From Perkinsus chesapeaki ATCC PRA-425 (lineage: Eukaryota > Protista > Perkinsozoa), in assembly GCA_013115145.1 (NCBI GenBank), contig JAAPAO010000058.1, positions 1 through 64,000 on the forward strand: a stretch of 64,000 nucleotides of DNA, given 5' to 3'. Within the stretch, counting starts at the first letter, position 1. The number at the start of each line of letters is the position of its first letter. Positions 37,649 to 49,947 of the stretch are shown here, in pieces. A program made the position numbers and the translations under genes. The notes under the pieces were generated by a model. It saw only the letters and a program-made list of their open reading frames with translations, had not been told where the DNA came from and did not search any database.

Positions 37649-38045
37649 TAGCGGTGAACAAGGTGACTGTAAGAGTAGTGTAGGGAGGATGAACGCAAGA
37701 GACGTTGGTCGAAGACCAGAGAAACGTTCCAAGCATTTATAATATGTTCTAAAAGGAACACACCATTTAAGGAATAGTAAATGTGATTTGACCGCAGCCT
37801 TCACAGAAGGTGCAGCTGACACACAGAGAGAGATAGAAACGTAAAAACATACACAATGCCTGGTAGGTACCAAGGCGACTAGACAACACATGAACGAGAT
37901 AAGCATATAACGCGTACAAAAGGGGATCTCGATTAAAGGGCAAGCACTGCCGCTAGGACACTTTAGAGTTACTATAGGCTGGCCGATTCTTAGACCGGTC
38001 CGACCCAGGGTTTTTAAGGCTCCAAATATATAGGTTTTTGAGTGA

Positions 38046-39964
38046 CTATTTGGAGTTGTTTCGATCAGCAGTAGCTGCTACGTCTCCTGCTGGGACTTTC
38101 TTAATGTGGAACAGCTTACCAGCAATAAGAGCCAATGGTGCGCTTATCACCGACAACAACGCACCGAGTTTAGCCTCGGCTAGCAGAGCAGGTTCTCGGT
38201 ATGCAGACTGGGCCACAAAGAGAGCTACAGTGAGGCCTGCACCAGAGACTATACCGACAACGAAGAGATGTCGGTATGTCATTCCTTCGGGGAGACCAAA
38301 CTTCATGAGGTAGCTGGCAATCCAACCGAAGCTGAAGATACCAATAGTCTTGCCGACTATAAGGGAGGCCGTCACACACAGTGTCACATACCCGACAGAA
38401 TCACTGGTAAATTTGATACCGGCGTTAGCAAGGGCAAAGAAGAACAGACCACAATGCACCCAGAAGGCACAGTCGTAGTTGAACTTCTCTAAGGGACCTT
38501 CGATAATGCTGCTGTCCAGTGGCGTCTCGATGGTCTCGTTAGCAGAGTCACACTGAGAAGAGACGTCATCACTATCCGCCTTCCTCTCCTTCCATCGCCT
38601 CCACGCTTTAACCACAAAGTTGGGCTCTCTGGTATCAATCTCCTTGGGCATAAATGGCACGATTAAACACAGGGCCAAAGAGGCATGTACAGATGCCTTC
38701 AACAAGCCATACCATGCCAGAGGGCCACACAGGAACACATACCAAGCCCAATGCCTGACCTTCAGCTTCCTTAGTAGGAACGCCAACAAGCACGCAGCCA
38801 CACACAGGAGCAAGTATATATATTGAGCCTGGTGGGGTGACGGGTAGAATATAGCGATCACCAGCATACCACCGACATCATCGGCAACTGCTAATAACAA
38901 TATAAACCGTATGGCTGCGTGGCCGCCTCCGAATACAAAGGAAGCCACTAACCAAGCGATTGATATGTCAGTTGATACTACAATACCCCAGCCATTAAGT
39001 ATAGCACTGAGATCCTCATCGTAGTTGTCAAAGCCTCCACAAGCGTTAATGATGTAAACGAGGGAGAAGAATACGAGAATTGGGCCAAGCATGCCACCGA
39101 GCGTACCTAAGGCCGAACATAGGCAAAGGCTAGAGAGGCAGGCACGGGCTCACTCATTAGAGGTACAATTGCCTTCTTTATCGGGGACAATGAGCCTCCT
39201 GGAAGTACAGCTTCGACCACTTCAACCATGGCAATACCAAAGAAGAAACACATAAAGACGTCATTTAAAAGGAAGTTCAGAGTAACCTGATAACCATCCT
39301 CACTCGACGTGATTTCTTAACTCTTCATCGTCTGCAAAATGGACACCCGGGATTCGAGAGCAGCTGCATTTAGAATGCCCACTGTGTGCCGTCCATCCTC
39401 CTGAACCCCTACTACCGGTTCCCCAGCTATAGTAGCACCGCCAAGATCAAGCGTCTTATCTTCATCCGTGCCCCAAAGATACACATAGCTGTCCTCGTCT
39501 AGGTTAGCCCACAGAAGGCCAGCTACCACACCAAGCTGGAGTGGTATGAAGTATGTTGTTACTATACGGCGGATATACAAGTACCAATGCCTCCATGTGG
39601 TCAGGAATCTGATCCCAAACCGATTGGAGCGACCCCTCCTTCCCACTACTACTTCCTAGGATTCTTAACATCGGCTACTAGTGTCTCATCATGGCCCCTG
39701 AAGAATCTATCGTGGGACTCTAATGCAAGCTCAACCCTCAGCCTGGTAGCTTCCGTCGCCAGAGCTCCGTCCGTCTCCGCGCGTTTTACGTTCTGCAAGA
39801 GTCAGCACGATGATGCCTGACATTGCCCCTTCAGGTGTTACATCTTCATAGACGTCCCGTGGAATCCTAGTGGGTGATGCATCCCTGAACTCCGAGTCGG
39901 TCCTTGGCCTTATAAATCTGTCATGCTGCGGCACAATCGTTGTCTTGCTCCTCGGCACGGTCAT
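38046..39964 (-). CDS. nhaA: NhaA-family Na+/H+ antiporter, copy A (3 exons)
   Basis: [15 protein letters not shown]; STLGGMLGP; [14 protein letters not shown]; [19 protein letters not shown]; [11 protein letters not shown]; GKTIGI; [17 protein letters not shown]. Confidence 0.9.
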
Positions 39965-40751
39965 CGTCGGTACCTTGGACAGGCCACTTCCAAAGTAACA
40001 GAATAAGCGCTTAACAACCGCACGAGATGGGAGCCGACAGAGATATTCTCAAAGATTGGCTCCCCGACGCTCAAGAGGATGTTCCTCCTCCCTAGACACT
40101 GCGGAGATTAGTACATCAGATGCGAAGGTCGCATGCTTCTTTGGGGCAACCTCGCTCCTCTTCGGAAGCGTCGTATCGGCACTTGAGCGGCTGTTCTTGG
40201 TTCCACCAGTCCTTTCAGATGTCATTAATATTATTAATCCTGACCATTTCCATATACCCCATCTGACAGCACAGCAACGCACCATAAGCATTGGTCCAGG
40301 ATCGGTACTAGCTAGACTACTCAACCCAATGCAGTGCCAGAAGAGCAAAGAAACTTTTCAAAGGCAACGCCAGCTTCGCCAACCGACACCACAGCGAGGA
40401 GCTCAACGACAACTATTAAGACAACTGCTAAGATTCGATGAAGATTACGAGGCGAAACCATCGAGCGCAACTACATTATTAAGGCTGTAGTGGCACTGTA
40501 GGTTATCGCACATTAATATTAACATTAGGGGTTACCTATACACATGGGGTTGGTTAGGATGGGGGAGATGAATATAGACGTGCTATGCTTAACATCTTAA
40601 TGCCACCAACAATAAGGACACTACTATGGATAAGATCTACTTTATTGGTAAGACACTTTAACAACCAGCAAGAAGCCCTTTAAGCTGCCATCTGGATATG
40701 TAAACACCAATGACGACAAGAACAACAACAACAACAAAGCTCAATGCTTCA

Positions 40752-42614
40752 TCACTTGGCTACAGAAGCAGTCGGTTCAACGACAGCGGCTGATGGCGAC
40801 TCGCCGGCGGGAACCTTAACGATTCTGAAGAGACGGCCAGCTACTATCGCCACTGGAGCAACTATAATTGATAGAAGAGCTCCGAGCTTAGCTTGGGCCA
40901 ACAAACCCGGCTGGGTATAAGCAGACTGTGCCACGAAGAGGGCTACAGTAAGACCGGCACCGGAGATAATACCAACCACAAACAAGTGCTTTAGAGTCAT
41001 ACCCTCAGGTAGACCAAACTTGAAGAGGCTGCTTGCAATCCATCCCAGAGTAAAGATACCAATAGTCTTACCAAAGACAAGTGAGCACGTAATGCTCACT
41101 GTTACAAGGCCAACCGATTCCCCACTCAGCTTTACACCAGCATTAGCTAAAGCAAAGAAGAACAGGCCAATGTGGACAAAGAAGGCACAGTCGTGGTCGA
41201 ACTTCTCAAGTGGGCCGGTGACTATACCGCTGCCCTCCAGCGGTTTCTCGGAGTAATCTATACTTGAGCTCGTCTTAGAACCTTCCTCCACCTCCTCGAC
41301 AACATCCTTCTTTCTCCATCGCCTCCACGCTTTAACGAAGTAGTTGGGCTCTCTGGTATCAATCTCCTTGGGCATGAAGGGCACGATCATACACAGGGCC
41401 AAAGAGGCATGTACAGATGCCTTCAGCAAGCCATACCATGCCAGAGGGCCACACAGGAACACATACCAAGCCCAATGCCTAACCTTCATTGTCCTTAAGA
41501 AGAGCGCCAAGACACATGCCCCGACACACAGTAGAAGGTACACGTACTCCGCAGCGTAAGGAGATGGATAGAAGAAAGCGATAATTAGGACGCCACCGAC
41601 ATCATCAGCAACGGCCAGAAGCAAGAGGAATTTGATAGCAGCATGGCCACCTCCGAATACAAAGGAAGCTACCAGCCAAGCTATCGAGATATCGGTGGCC
41701 ACGACAATACCCCAGCCATTGAGTATTGTAGAGAGCTCTTCTTCGTAGCTGTCAAAGCCTCCAAAAGCGTTCATAGTGAACATAAGGGCAAAGAAGATAC
41801 TTATAGGCCCGAGGATGCCTCCCAGAGTTCCTAATAAAAGAGCTTGCTTCCAGAACACCTCAGCTATTGGCCGCCACCATCACCTTACCCATTAGAGGTA
41901 CAATTGCCTTCTTCATCGGTGATAATGAGCCTCCTGGCAATACTGCCACGACAATCTCAACCATAGCAATGCCAAAGAAGAAGCACATAAATATATCATT
42001 AATAAGAAAATGTAACGTTACCTGACAACAAGCACATGATCCACTATAGGTAGTAGCCTACATGATGGCCGCCAATAGTGAAGCCTAGATCCAATGTCTT
42101 ATACTTATCAGTCCCCCACAGATATACGTAATTATCCTCATCGATATTAGCCCATAACAACGCTGCAAGAACTCCCAATTGCAATGGTACAAAATAGGTT
42201 GTCGCTATACGTCGGATATACAAATACCAATGCCTCCACGTAGTCAGGAACCTACACACAATTGCCGACCCCAATGACGACAGCAGCAGCGCCTTCCCTA
42301 CTTCCTCGGGTTCTCCACGCTTGCCAGCGTCTGGTCATGCCCTCGGAAGAACTGGTCATGTGACTCAAGCGCCAACTCTACTCGCAATCGAGTGGCCTCA
42401 ATCGCCAATGCCCCATCAGTCGCGGCTCGCTGAACATTTTTCTGAAAGCCATCAGATTGCAAGACGATCCTCTGCGACAGACTACTACCTCCTCGTAAAC
42501 ATCTCGAGGAATTCTGGTAGGAGATGCAGCCATGAACTCAGAATCTGTTCGTGGCCGCACAAAGCGGCTCTGCTGCGGCACGCCTTCTGTTGTCTGACTG
42601 CGGGACACTACCAT
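40752..42614 (-). CDS. nhaA: NhaA-family Na+/H+ antiporter, copy B (3 exons)
   Basis: [15 protein letters not shown]; [14 protein letters not shown]; LAVADDVGG; ANAGV; GKTIG. Same two intron positions as copy A. Confidence 0.9.
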
Positions 42615-43100
42615 GTCCGGCACCTAAGGAGTCAGTATTTAACGACCAAGCAGCAGGAAGGACGATACCTCCAAGAAGGCCGCCCGCTTCCTCTCGGAAT
42701 CTGCTTTGAACTCGGCATAGTTCAGAGAGAATGAAGAGTCGCCAATAGGACGATTATCCATTAAAGTAAGCTGGCAGCAATAACCATCAGCCTCTATACG
42801 CCCCAAAGAGGAAGAAGCCGCTCTACTATACAGCAATACTGCCGATACTGCCGAGATCTAGCGAAATGTGAAGACAATACCTCCAACATCATAACACAAT
42901 ACTGATGACTGCAAGCTAGTGGACGACTTTCCCAGCTCGAGACTGTGATTGTTTCTGCGTCACATTTGTAAAAAGCGCTCGCCCAATAAGTTATTGCACA
43001 TACGCGGCGCCACCGTGATTGTCTATTTTGTTGTTCCTAATTAGTCAAAGGGATATTAATTAAAAACTCAATGCCCCGTTGATTATAAGGTTAAGGCCTT

Positions 43101-44827
43101 TTAGAGGCGTTCGCTGATAGCTTCCTGCTCTGCTGTATCATACCGGAAACATTATAAACCGAACGCATAAGGTCAGCTATGCACTCCATCACGGAGCTCT
43201 CGTCCACTGTAGGGTCCATGTACTCAATAATCTGACAGAGACAACAATCCACTCAATCTTAAGGCAAAGCCATATCCTACTTTAGACTGCTCGCTTCTCC
43301 ATGGAGCTGGGCTTGCCGCCCCGGCATTCTCATCCGACTTGGTGCCTCTGGGGCTCTCCTCCAGCTCACCGCCAGCCGAGGTTGACACCACTTCGAACCA
43401 GTTGATATGAAGGACACGGCAAGTAACGTATCTAATTAAACCCCCTACACTGGGCTTCCTATATGCCTACATCGCCGCTATTGCGAGCACTTCGGGCCGA
43501 TGCTTCAGACAGAGTGGCGCACGAAAACTAAACAAAGGTTCGACCCAGGCGAGCACACAAAGGCTCGGCCTTACCAGTCATTGAGAGTAGCCTTAGCCAC
43601 CCTGGTTATAATAGCTCTGTCAACACCAGCAGGGAAGAGGGACTCTGCTGGATAGATATGCAGCTCCAGCAAGGACGCCATTGTGTCGTACCTAACCCGT
43701 ACTGTACACAATAACGTCTTTCTATATCCAATTGTTAGCGGCGGAAAGGTAGGTCTGTTGTGCTGTCTTATTATCAATGGCGCATTCAGTACAGTGCACG
43801 CATACGTACGGTGCGGTACTTGTAGTGGTGCGCACGCCGGTAACTATGCCTTCCACGTTCATGCTTTCCCATGTCACTCACGGCAGCTCTGGTTGGAGAT
43901 TAGAGCCAATAACTCTCAGTAGCACCAAGCTCTCTATCAACGATACTTTATCCCGCAGTAATCGTCTCTGCTCATGAAGCCTATCAGCATGCACTGTAGT
44001 CTGTCCCGACATATGGGCGATGGCCGTGTCCAATACCTACTACGACAACTACGACAATACAACTACCACTGCATGCATATTACCGCACGCATAACCTGAG
44101 TGAAGCTGGCTGTCCCCTGCTGCGTCGTCGCTGTACTGCCGCCGCCGCCGCCGCTGCGAGGGGCAGCCAAAGACCTAGGCAACTTATCCTCGCACACTTT
44201 GCAGGCCAACACAATAGACGCTATTGCTATCAACTGATCAAGGAGAAGGTTGGCAACGAGAAGACTTGGGGAGTTCTCACATATCGATCATCCGACAGGT
44301 CTTTCACCTTCATCTTTTCCAGCACCGAATGAAGGTAGAGCATAGCCGTCGCTGTCACCTGCATCAACGCTGCTGCTGCTGTTGCTTACTAGAGGCCAAT
44401 ACCCTAGTGGGGTAGCCTACCTCTTCTGGAAGGTCCAGCGTAAAGCAGATTTCAAATACGAAGCGTGATAGATTATATAACCGAACACTCTGCTGCCGTT
44501 GTCTGATACAAGCCAGTTGTTCAACACGTAGCGGCCGAATAAGAGCTTACTCGGCAGACTCCCACGAGCCCATCGTGGCTGTCTTTACCGGCCCAGTCGC
44601 TCCATCAATTCCCCTTGCACTAGCCCCTGCATCACCGGTATCTCCAATTCTAGTGCTTCCAGTAGCTGGAGCTCCATCAGAGGACGCCTAAGAATCCTAA
44701 TGAAACTAACAGACATCCCTACTGCGTTGTTACATCGGGGCTCGGCGCCGCACCGCCAAGATTCTTGTACCGCTCCGCTAGCATGGATGCCGCCATCTTG
44801 ACGTAAAGATTCCCACCACCTCTCCAT
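43101..44827 (-). CDS. Cyclin of the transcription/splicing group (cyclin L/K/T-like), multi-exon
   Basis: Hand-spliced: LSRFVFEICFTLDLPEE|VTATAMLYLHSVL..RY|LIAIASIVLACKVCED (cyclin N box). Second box: VAKATLND|.FRAPLCLKHRPEVLAIAA. Confidence 0.68.
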
Positions 44828-44958
44828 TACAGCAACTTTACTCAACTCAGCGCCATCAGGGGTCAGACGACTATAGTTCGACTACTGTAAAAAATAAGCT
44901 ATTGTGCATTTAGACTAATACCGAAACATCATCAACTTGTTCGACACTACAGGGCCTC

Positions 44959-47068
44959 TCAGTTGGCAGGGTGGCCAGCTCCACGGTGACTCGGCCTCAA
45001 ATCGATTATACAAACCGAAATATCGTCGTGGAGCCTCCGGCGCTGATTCCCCTGCGGCAGAGCCTGAAGCTCCGCCAAAGTCTTCGCGCTCTTCTTGGCC
45101 GCTCTATTCAACACTTCACTAGTTAATGCCTCGGCAACTGAAACAACAAGGGTAGCAAGGCTATCGGCACGCTACTCCTAATCGTTAATAAAATATTATC
45201 GAGCTGCTACTAATGGACTCTAGAGCACCGAATTGATGACAAGCCTAGGGTTTGCCCACAGCCCAACTTCCTTACCAGAGTTAGCAGTCCAATTGCTATC
45301 ATCCGGCAGCAGCAACCGTCGTATAAACCCTACAGCCTCTTCATCAGTAACATTATCCCACAAGCCGTCACTGCCAAGTACTATAAACCTGTTACATGGC
45401 GGCTACCTTAGTGACAGCCTTCCTTCTAAGCTCCTACTTATCATCCTCATGGCGCGGATATACCATAACTTCGGGCTCACTAGTAATGTATGGAAAGGAG
45501 TGATCGAGAGGCTCAGTGCTGCTGCTGTTGTTATGAGCTGCTGACACTTTAGCCTCTGGGGGCGGTAGGAAATTCCGGCCCGATGTGTGATTATAGAGGA
45601 ACTCTGCCGACTGAAAGGAAACAAGACGTTGCTAAATACTTATTTTTACTGGTGTATGCTACGCACCACAAAAAGGAAATCTTGTAAGACTAGAACGCTG
45701 TTACTATAACAACTACTATACTATAACACACTACTATATACACTACTATAACAACTAAAAATAATACTATTAACAATATGAAGGATTGATATGACGTATA
45801 CGTCCACGGTATAGCATCGAGTAAGTGTGAAGACAGTGCGTAAGACCGACGTAAGATCTCTTAAGAAGCTGCTCACTTTAAGGTAGAAGTCCCCAAAGCT
45901 ACGAGTGGGCTGCAGACGGCCTTTAACGTAGCAGCCAGAATACTTGGTGGAATGCTCCAATCGTTCAAGCTCAACAGGGTAACCAAGCCAGGACTTTACG
46001 GCCAGCCAACCACCTATCACATCACCACTCCACCACGGCCGCATGGCCTACACAAGTAAGCTCACTCTTAGGGACAGCCACTATAACAGGTTCATGCCAT
46101 TCCTTCCTGCATCTGCAGCAGCAGCAGTCAACACTACTACTATATCACAATAACTGATGTTATTACCGGACAACATTATCCTCAAAGGGATGCTCCATCT
46201 CCAGCCTCCTCTGCTCCCGTATATCACTGGCATTGTGCTGCATATTCAGTGCCAAAGCTGGGCGATCCTCTCTATAAAGAACCTTTAAAGGGGAAGCAGC
46301 TGTAAATCCAACCCTCCCAGCGAGACTACCGCCTTGCAATCTCCAGCATTCGCCACAACTATGCTTGTCTGCGTTATCAGCACCGCCAGTCCACAGGCGC
46401 CTGTCTTAACTGGCTGGGAAAATCCCAACCTAAGGTAGCCTTCAAACCGATTGTTTGGCCGGCTCCTGTTACTTCTGAGCCTCCCTGGCATGCTCCTCTA
46501 GCTCTTGGTCTGCTACCCTGAATGCCTCCTTACAAGCAGACTCTATTACTCTAGCGTCTATGTGACCAGCCTTCTGTGGAAAACGAGTGGCTAGCAGGGA
46601 TGGCAGGTGGCCACGGAGATACCTGAGAGGGAATACAGTGAAAGGATAACTATCGCATCCAGTTACTCAGCCACTTGCCATCCGCCATGGCCATCGAAAA
46701 CACAAGCACAAAGGGTGCCACCGGGGAACTGCTTAAGAGCCAAGCGATCCTCCGACGGGGCGTTTGCTGCGTATTGATGGCAACCCACGCGAATGTTAAT
46801 CACCGGTCGAGGCGGAGCGGGCTGAGCGGTCTGACAGTGGAGGTGCCGCTTGATAGCGTAGACTCGTCATACCGTTATAAGCATCGGAGGGCCCTCTACT
46901 GTGGAGACAGCCCCTTGTGGAGGAGCCTGCTCACACCGCGACCGTCGAGCAACCTACACTGTAGTGGAGCCGGATTGGAGTTGGACAGACTATTACCTCT
47001 GCGACCTTAACAGCTGCTACTACTGCCGCAGGCATCCATACCAATGCGGGCCGAAGTAGACCCGACAT
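44959..47068 (-). CDS. PP2C (PPM) phosphatase, PDP-like, copy B
   Basis: YAANAPSEDR; CACVFDGHGGWQVAE; TGACG..VVANAGDCKAV; CYVKGRLQPTRSFGDFYLK; FIVLGSDGLWD; RRRLHDDISVCII. Confidence 0.9.
45700..45785. repeat. Low-complexity (ACTAT/ACTACTATA)-type tandem repeat inside an enlarged PP2C intron
   Basis: Direct reading: actataacaactactatactataacacactactatatacactactataacaact. Confidence 0.7.
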
Positions 47069-47082
47069 GTTAAACAGTTAAT

Positions 47083-47456
47083 TCAAAGCAAAAGCAAAGA
47101 GTTATAAATGACTGATGCAAAAAAGCCGCATATTAGTACATACCGCAAAGCCCTGGCCAGCATGAAGAAAACTATGTCACGATCCTGATCGGGTAGGTCT
47201 CGAACGCAGAAGCCCTGTGGTCGATAGGAGACAAAGCCCTCGGAAAGTTCCATCATTATGTTTCCTGCAGACACACTGGCATAGGAACCTCCCCCCGTGG
47301 GCCGAGAAGAACACAACAGGAATAGAGGGTAGCCATAAAGAGACAGAGCTCTGCTAAGCACACATAAGCCTCTAGAGTGACAATCGGTGATGACAATTCA
47401 CTTGATAGGTCCTCTGCAGATGCAGGGCTATATAATAATAACATCCTAATATCCAT
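47083..47456 (-). CDS. Hypothetical small membrane protein
   Basis: Open exon ending in a hydrophobic segment IVFFMLARALRYVLICGFFASVIYNSLLLL*, lying between the two PP2C genes. Exon structure is uncertain. Confidence 0.4.
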
Positions 47457-47552
47457 AGGGTGATGATTCATGGCAATGGTGGCTATGTTGCTGTACTCAA
47501 TGGTAGTGGTGACAATATAATAATAATAAAGTACTTGACAAAAATGGTAGAG

Positions 47553-49796
47553 CTAGAGTCGAACTATAACTACTGTAACATCATCATGGATGTTCCTTCT
47601 AGTCCTGCCAGGCTGCATACGCCGGACCGAGCTAGCGCTTAATTTAGCCGACTGTGCTGCCTGTTCAATGACCTATCATATATCTTCCTATACATTCCAC
47701 CTTGAGGCCCTACTCTAGAAACTAAGGCCTCTGCTGCAGCCTGTGGCCCCTCTCGCTCAAATACGTCCACAGCAACGGAGACAATGTCCGGATCGGGAAG
47801 GTAGTCCCATAGGCCATCAGATGCCAGTATCAAAAACCTACTAACTATTAGCCGCCCACCAACAGCAACGCAGTACATGTCCCTAGTTGGATCCCTCTGT
47901 TCAGTTCTAACATCGGGGGTGGCTGATATATATGGCGGTGTGAAGTTTGGTAATGGGTTATCTAATAGACCTCATTCCCTCCACCACAGCAGCAGCAGCC
48001 CACGCACTACCATCCTCATCCTTCTGTTCATGTGGGTAGGGTGCAACTCTGGCTACCCTGGCAATATCCATATCCTAAAGAGCAGCACCAGCAGCTACGG
48101 GATAGCTTAGTCCGAGCCGCGAACAAACGCACTATCAATGACACAGTGCTTGGCTTATAAAGAAAAGGCCGAGGAATTGCTGCCCAATATTCCACCATAT
48201 GGTCGGAAGATGTTCGCCATTCTACGGCGACTTTAACGAGAAAGTAAGTTCTAATCTTTACTCATAACGATTAGAGTCTGTAAATATCCCGACTAACAGC
48301 TCACCTCACCAAAGAAACACATTTGTCAGCTGAGTGCGCGGTGCTAATAACATGGCACACACTGACCTTAAAATAGAAGTCCCCAAAGGCTCGTGTAGGC
48401 TGAAGTCTTCCTTTAACATAACATGCTCCCCATCTCGTACCAACTGTTTTACCCTCACTGTCTGAAAAGCCACCAAGTGAGCAGATCACCAGAGGTGTCT
48501 GACTACCTAGCAGACGCTACCTACCACTACAGGGCGTTCCGACAAAAAAAGGTAACACTGTAAGCCATCGTATCCCGATAGCACATCTCAGCAAATAAGT
48601 TACTTATTCTTGCCGGAACACCCTGTACTACCCAAATTACCTAACTCGATGATCTTCTGCTTACAGTGGACCAGATCTTCCTCTCCGGGATGTTCCGCAA
48701 TCAGCCTTTCCTGTTCAGTCGGTGAATCTGCATTATGCGCCGCGGTCAGCCAATCAACCTCGATGTTATCAGGGATCCCTGCAACCTAAGATTCCCCCAA
48801 AATATTCGCCTTTGCCTCACCTCGTAAAGTCAAACTCTCCGGGCTTCTCTTGCCGTCAATTTCCCGCCTCACTCGCATTGCTCTGCAATCCCCCAAATTC
48901 GCCACACAGTAACTGTCTTCCCCAAGCAGCACCGTCACCGCACACGCGCCCGCCTGATCCGCGCACACTCCACAACGTCGTCCAGCATGAGCCAGCAGCC
49001 CACCTGCATCTTCGTTAGTGTAGATACAGTTATCTTAGGTGGATGATTCTCCAAATTCCCACCAGCAATAGCTCGCCCATGCGCTAAGGGGCCGTCCACC
49101 TATACCAATGCTGCAAGCGGACACTTTGCTCCTACTGCTTCACCTCCCGCCTGGTCCAATCCAGTAAATCGGCCTCCAGCTCCTTGTGAGCCTCAAGCAT
49201 TACACTACTGAGATCGAACTCCTTGGCCTCTTGGCCAACGATAGAATACATAAATGCTGGCATATACGACGCTACAAAATCAGCTACATGGGACCCGCCA
49301 TGGCCGTCAAACACTCCGGCCAGGATAACCTTGCCATCACTCGGCACCTATGCAAAGAACCTCCAACTTTCCCAGATACTAGCATTACCATTGTCCTTAT
49401 AAATCGATCCTCATTAGGGTTGTTGCTGGCCACAGAGCACGCCCCAACTATATAATTCATCCTTACAGGATTGTCATAGTGTCTTTGGACTTGTGGGCCC
49501 AGTTCGACCTATAGTGTGGTAAGATCCCCAAGAGGTCCACCTACTCTTACCCGTATCCTCTCAGTGTGTGTCCGTCTAAGACCCCTTCTAATACCTTTCC
49601 TCGCCGTTATTATCTCATCCCATTCCTCAGCCAGTGACGTCTTATTATCACCAGCCAGATATCCCAAAGGCCCAGTGTACACACTAGCAGCCCCTGCTGA
49701 GAGCACAGCTGCCACCGGCGTGCTAAACACACGAGGGAAGGCACTGAATGGCCGACTACCCCACATAGACAGCGATCGAGGAGCTAACGTGGCCAA
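47553..49796 (-). CDS. PP2C (PPM) phosphatase, PDP-like, copy A, with probable mitochondrial presequence
   Basis: N-terminus MATLAPRSLSMWGSRPFSAFPRVFS (R/S-rich, no acidic residues); SNNPNEDR; AGVFDGHGG; AGACAV..VANLGDCRAM; CYVKGRLQPTRAFGDFYFK; FLILASDGLWD; IHDDVTV. Confidence 0.9.
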
Positions 49797-49947
49797 TAAG
49801 ATAAAACTATAAAGACTGTATAGACATCGACGACGACGACGAGGACAGTATCAGACTAACCCAAGTCAGCTAGCGCTACCTGAACTAGTAACAATATGCG
49901 TAAAATGATACGCCTTCAACAGGCTAAGTCAAATTGACATTAAATTT

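Noticed and set aside
40056-40490. 144-aa plus-strand ORF between the NhaA copies
   Set aside because: No recognisable domain, antisense within a minus-strand block, and probably UTR or intergenic.
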